From an uncultured Candidatus Poseidoniales archaeon (GTDB taxonomy: Archaea; Thermoplasmatota; Poseidoniia; Poseidoniales; Thalassarchaeaceae), in the NCBI GenBank assembly GCA_964608795.1, contig CAZSPJ010000001.1:1-41800 (forward strand): a DNA stretch of 41,800 nt, read 5' to 3'. Below, one piece after another: positions 39,143-41,800 of the stretch. Position 1 is the first letter of the stretch. The number at the start of each line of letters is the position of its first letter. The notes under the pieces were generated by a model. It saw only the letters and a list, made by a program, of their open reading frames with translations. It did not search any database and was not told where the DNA came from. The position numbers and the translations under genes were made by a program.

Positions 39143-40177
39143 GTGATCAGGGTCGCCATCAACGGCTACGGGACAATCGGCAAGAGAGTTGCCGATGCTG
39201 TTGACGCTCAGGATGACATGGAAGTCGCGGGAGTGACCAAGACCGGACCCAGTTTCGGATGCCAACTAGCAGCGAAGAAGGGTTACCCACTGTATTGCAC
39301 CACCGACGATCCAGAGCGCATAGCCTCATTCTCATCCGGAGGGTACGATTGTCGTGGAGGGCTCTCCGACCTACTTGCCTCAGTGGACGTGGTGGTCGAC
39401 TGCGCTCCTGGTAAGATGGGGGCTGCAAACCTCACCAAGTACGAGGCAGCCGGTATCAAGCACATGTTCCAAGGTGGTGAGAGGCACGAGCTCACCGACC
39501 TGTCGTACAGTTCGAGCGCCAACCACGCCGCGAACCTCAATGCCAAGGGCACCAGAGTCGTCTCCTGCAACACCACCGGGCTCTCGCGCACTCTCGTGCC
39601 GCTGTACGAGCTTGGCGGTTCCCTCAAGGTCGAGTGCACCATGATCCGCAGGGCGGCCGACCCCGGCGACTCGAAGAAAGGACCCATCAACGCAATCAAG
39701 CCGGTGCTGAAGGTCCCCAGCCACCACGGACCCGACGTCATGACGGTGAAGCCAGAGATAGAAATCAACTCTCTTGCCGTGGCAGTCCCAACCACTCTGA
39801 TGCATGTTCACGCCATCATCGCAGATTTGCCCCCCGGCCACGGCCAGACGACCGAATCTATCCTCGATCTATGGAGGCAGACCCCTAGGGTCATCGTGAT
39901 GCACGGTGAGGGCAATCGAATGACGACCACCGCTGAAGTCATGGAGATGGCACGCGATCTGGGCCGCAAGTGGGGTGACTTGCACGAGGTCTTCGTCTGG
40001 GAGGATGGAGTGAAGTTGGTGGACGACAGGTTGTACTACTTCCAAGCGATACACCAGGAGAGCGACGTGATTCCCGAGAACGTCGACTGCATACGCGCTC
40101 TGATGGGGACGGAAGCCGATTGGCGCGCTTCTGTGGCTAAGACCGACAGCGCAATTTCGGACTACTACGGGCTATGA
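39143..40177 (+). CDS. gap: Glyceraldehyde-3-phosphate dehydrogenase, archaeal type
   Basis: (M)IRVAINGYGTIGKRVADAV is the family N-terminus and VVSCNTTGL holds the catalytic Cys. In-frame GTG 39143 gives about 344 aa, typical for the family. The track start at 39065 adds 26 atypical residues. Confidence 0.92.
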   Translation: MIRVAINGYGTIGKRVADAVDAQDDMEVAGVTKTGPSFGCQLAAKKGYPLYCTTDDPERIASFSSGGYDCRGGLSDLLASVDVVVDCAPGKMGAANLTKYEAAGIKHMFQGGERHELTDLSYSSSANHAANLNAKGTRVVSCNTTGLSRTLVPLYELGGSLKVECTMIRRAADPGDSKKGPINAIKPVLKVPSHHGPDVMTVKPEIEINSLAVAVPTTLMHVHAIIADLPPGHGQTTESILDLWRQTPRVIVMHGEGNRMTTTAEVMEMARDLGRKWGDLHEVFVWEDGVKLVDDRLYYFQAIHQESDVIPENVDCIRALMGTEADWRASVAKTDSAISDYYGL

Positions 40178-40224
40178 CAGCACCCTCGGGTCGGCAAACT
40201 TCGTGGTACACCTAGTATGAACGG

Positions 40225-40232
40225 TCAAAAAG
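40225..40232 (+). promoter_or_regulatory. Candidate TATA-like box (TCAAAAAG) for the right-edge subtilase gene
   Basis: This A-rich octamer lies 22-29 nt upstream of ATG 40254. It resembles the ATAAAAG box at a similar spacing before the 955-aa gene. Confidence 0.3.
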
Positions 40233-40253
40233 CCCCCTCGGGTCGGCTGACGC

Positions 40254-41800
40254 ATGACCAGGGCTCGCTCTGTCATACCTGTTCTCGCAGCGCTCCTCCT
40301 GTCCACATGGTCTGGAGTGCTCGCGAGCGCCTCAGAGGACCCCCTTCCAGACAGCGATGTGATGGAGGATGCTTCTCAGGGACTCAACTCACAGTGGTCG
40401 CGTATGGCCGCCACAGAAACCACTTACCAACTGCGCGAATCATCAGGTATCCTACACTCCCCGTTCGGCGCGTTCGACCCATTGGACGACCCCGTTCCGC
40501 TCGGTCCTGAGAACCTGTACGATCCGCTGGCCCTGAGGCGCACGGGGATGCTCTTGGTCCAATCCTACAGCGCTGATATGACGGCCATGATGAACGCCTT
40601 CTCGAGCATGGGGGTCGATGTCCTTGACGTGGTCCCTGATGACGCCGTGGTGGTTCGTGTGGACCCGCTGAGCGACACCGGGGTAGTCGAGGCGATCAAC
40701 AGGCTGCCGAGCGTCAGATGGACTGGTGAGTTGCCGGTAGCCTGGCGTGTCGCCTCCGAACTAATCTCTCTCTCAGGGAGAACAGGGATGCTCGTCGATA
40801 TGGATGTGACACCCGCTCCCGATCTCGATCTCGATGAATTGGCCGAACTCTCTCTGGATCTACAACTGGTCTCGGGAGAGACAGGGCCTAGAGGGGTCTG
40901 CGACGCCTATCTGTGCCAGCCTCGCTCTGTCGATGCCGCATGGATTCCGATTCTCGCTATGGACGGCAGGATTCTGCATATCGGCTCAGCTTCGCAAATA
41001 ACCATCCACAATGCCAACGCTAGGTCAATCAGCGGCATCAGTGGGACGCTAATCAGCTCCGGAGGGACACTGGATGGGAGCGGCGAGGTCCTTGCCATAT
41101 CTGACACAGGTCTAGACGGTGATCACGGTGACTTCACGAATCGTATCAGAGGGATATACGATCAGTTCGGACCAGACAACTCGAACGCCGACATGAACAG
41201 TGGGCATGGCACTCATGTGACGGCCACGCTGCTCGGAGACGGTTCGGGGGACTCGACGACGATGGGCATGGTGCCGGCGGCCACCTTCCACTTCTACCAG
41301 CTCGAGGCTGACAGCTCCGGGGTTCTCGCCCGTTGGGGCTCGTTGTATCAGATGTTCACTCACTCGTGGCAGAACAACGCGCGCATACAGACTAACAGTT
41401 GGGGCAACGAGAACCTCGTCGGCGAATACAGTTCCGATTCCAGGTCGGCCGACTCGTTCCTAGTCGATTTCCCTCGCTTCCTAGTGCTCTTCTCGGCTGG
41501 TGATCTAGGCTCAAGCGGGGCTAACAGCGTGACTCCGCCCGGGACTGCCAAGAACGTCCTTACGGTAGGGGCCTCGACCACCGGTGCGTACGGCAGCACA
41601 GCCGAGGGCACGGTCACCGGATTCTCATCTAGAGGGACAACCCTTGACGGGCGCATAAAACCGGATCTGGTCGCTCCCGGTGTGATGATCTGCTCGGCTA
41701 GGGCCGAGGAAGCGCAGTTCGCCAACGGGGGCTCGTGCTCGAGCGCCACGCACAGTGATGGAAGCACCCCGTTGTACATGACGCTCAACGGCTCGTCGAT
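40254..41800 (+). CDS. Secreted subtilisin-like serine protease (S8), 3' end outside the window. Not in the supplied ORF track.
   Basis: My manual translation from ATG 40254 stays open to the window end. It starts with the signal peptide MTRARSVIPVLAALLLSTWSGVLASA. It then has a pro-region of about 270 aa. S8 motifs follow in order: LAISDTGLDGDHGDF (Asp), SGHGTHVTATLLG (His), LFSAGDLGSSG (oxyanion position), VLTVGAS, FSSRGTTLDGRIKPDLVAPG and LNGSS at the edge (Ser). Confidence 0.88.
   Translation, partial: MTRARSVIPVLAALLLSTWSGVLASASEDPLPDSDVMEDASQGLNSQWSRMAATETTYQLRESSGILHSPFGAFDPLDDPVPLGPENLYDPLALRRTGMLLVQSYSADMTAMMNAFSSMGVDVLDVVPDDAVVVRVDPLSDTGVVEAINRLPSVRWTGELPVAWRVASELISLSGRTGMLVDMDVTPAPDLDLDELAELSLDLQLVSGETGPRGVCDAYLCQPRSVDAAWIPILAMDGRILHIGSASQITIHNANARSISGISGTLISSGGTLDGSGEVLAISDTGLDGDHGDFTNRIRGIYDQFGPDNSNADMNSGHGTHVTATLLGDGSGDSTTMGMVPAATFHFYQLEADSSGVLARWGSLYQMFTHSWQNNARIQTNSWGNENLVGEYSSDSRSADSFLVDFPRFLVLFSAGDLGSSGANSVTPPGTAKNVLTVGASTTGAYGSTAEGTVTGFSSRGTTLDGRIKPDLVAPGVMICSARAEEAQFANGGSCSSATHSDGSTPLYMTLNGSS

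Noticed and set aside
40907-41788. Three minus-strand ORFs (40907..41107, 41112..41363, 41360..41788) and the plus-strand ORF 40217..40510
   Set aside because: They overlap the unlisted plus-strand subtilase frame (40254 onward), which carries a signal peptide and ordered S8 catalytic motifs. They show no motifs of their own.

Overview
GC-rich (roughly 55-60% by eye), tightly packed chromosomal segment that I read as archaeal. I support 25 protein-coding genes. I recognise no rRNA, tRNA, CRISPR array, transposase or integrase. The archaeal call rests on these housekeeping genes: archaeal-type GAPDH, S15 of the uS15/S13e type, archaeal PheRS beta, GlxRS-type GluRS, an ArcS-like CSxxKPY+PUA protein, a UPF0201 RNA-binding protein and RNase HII. 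Between them lie six very large, acidic exported or membrane-anchored proteins (up to 1905 aa), at least the one I counted being rich in N-x-S/T sequons. There are also two S8 subtilases; one runs off the right edge and is missing from the ORF track. This content resembles planktonic protein-degrading Thermoplasmatota (Marine Group II-like), but that is inference only. Gene packing is extreme: convergent genes share CTAG stop overlaps, and there is a GTGA start/stop overlap. The items I rank highest are: (1) a co-directional surface-protein / subtilase / beta-helix adhesin cassette that ends in its own wHTH-STAND-TPR ATPase; (2) a pyroglutamyl-peptidase-I::MutT-Nudix fusion with both catalytic motif sets intact; (3) a GXGXG (glutamate-synthase domain 3) protein fused to what looks like a degenerate, permuted FMN-barrel remnant, in an operon with pheT; (4) a DHH-like protein with substituted metal ligands next to rps15; (5) a 1905-aa protein with at least 14 thrombospondin-type-3 Ca-binding repeats and no anchor. 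All functional calls come from motif reading by eye. No database search was possible.
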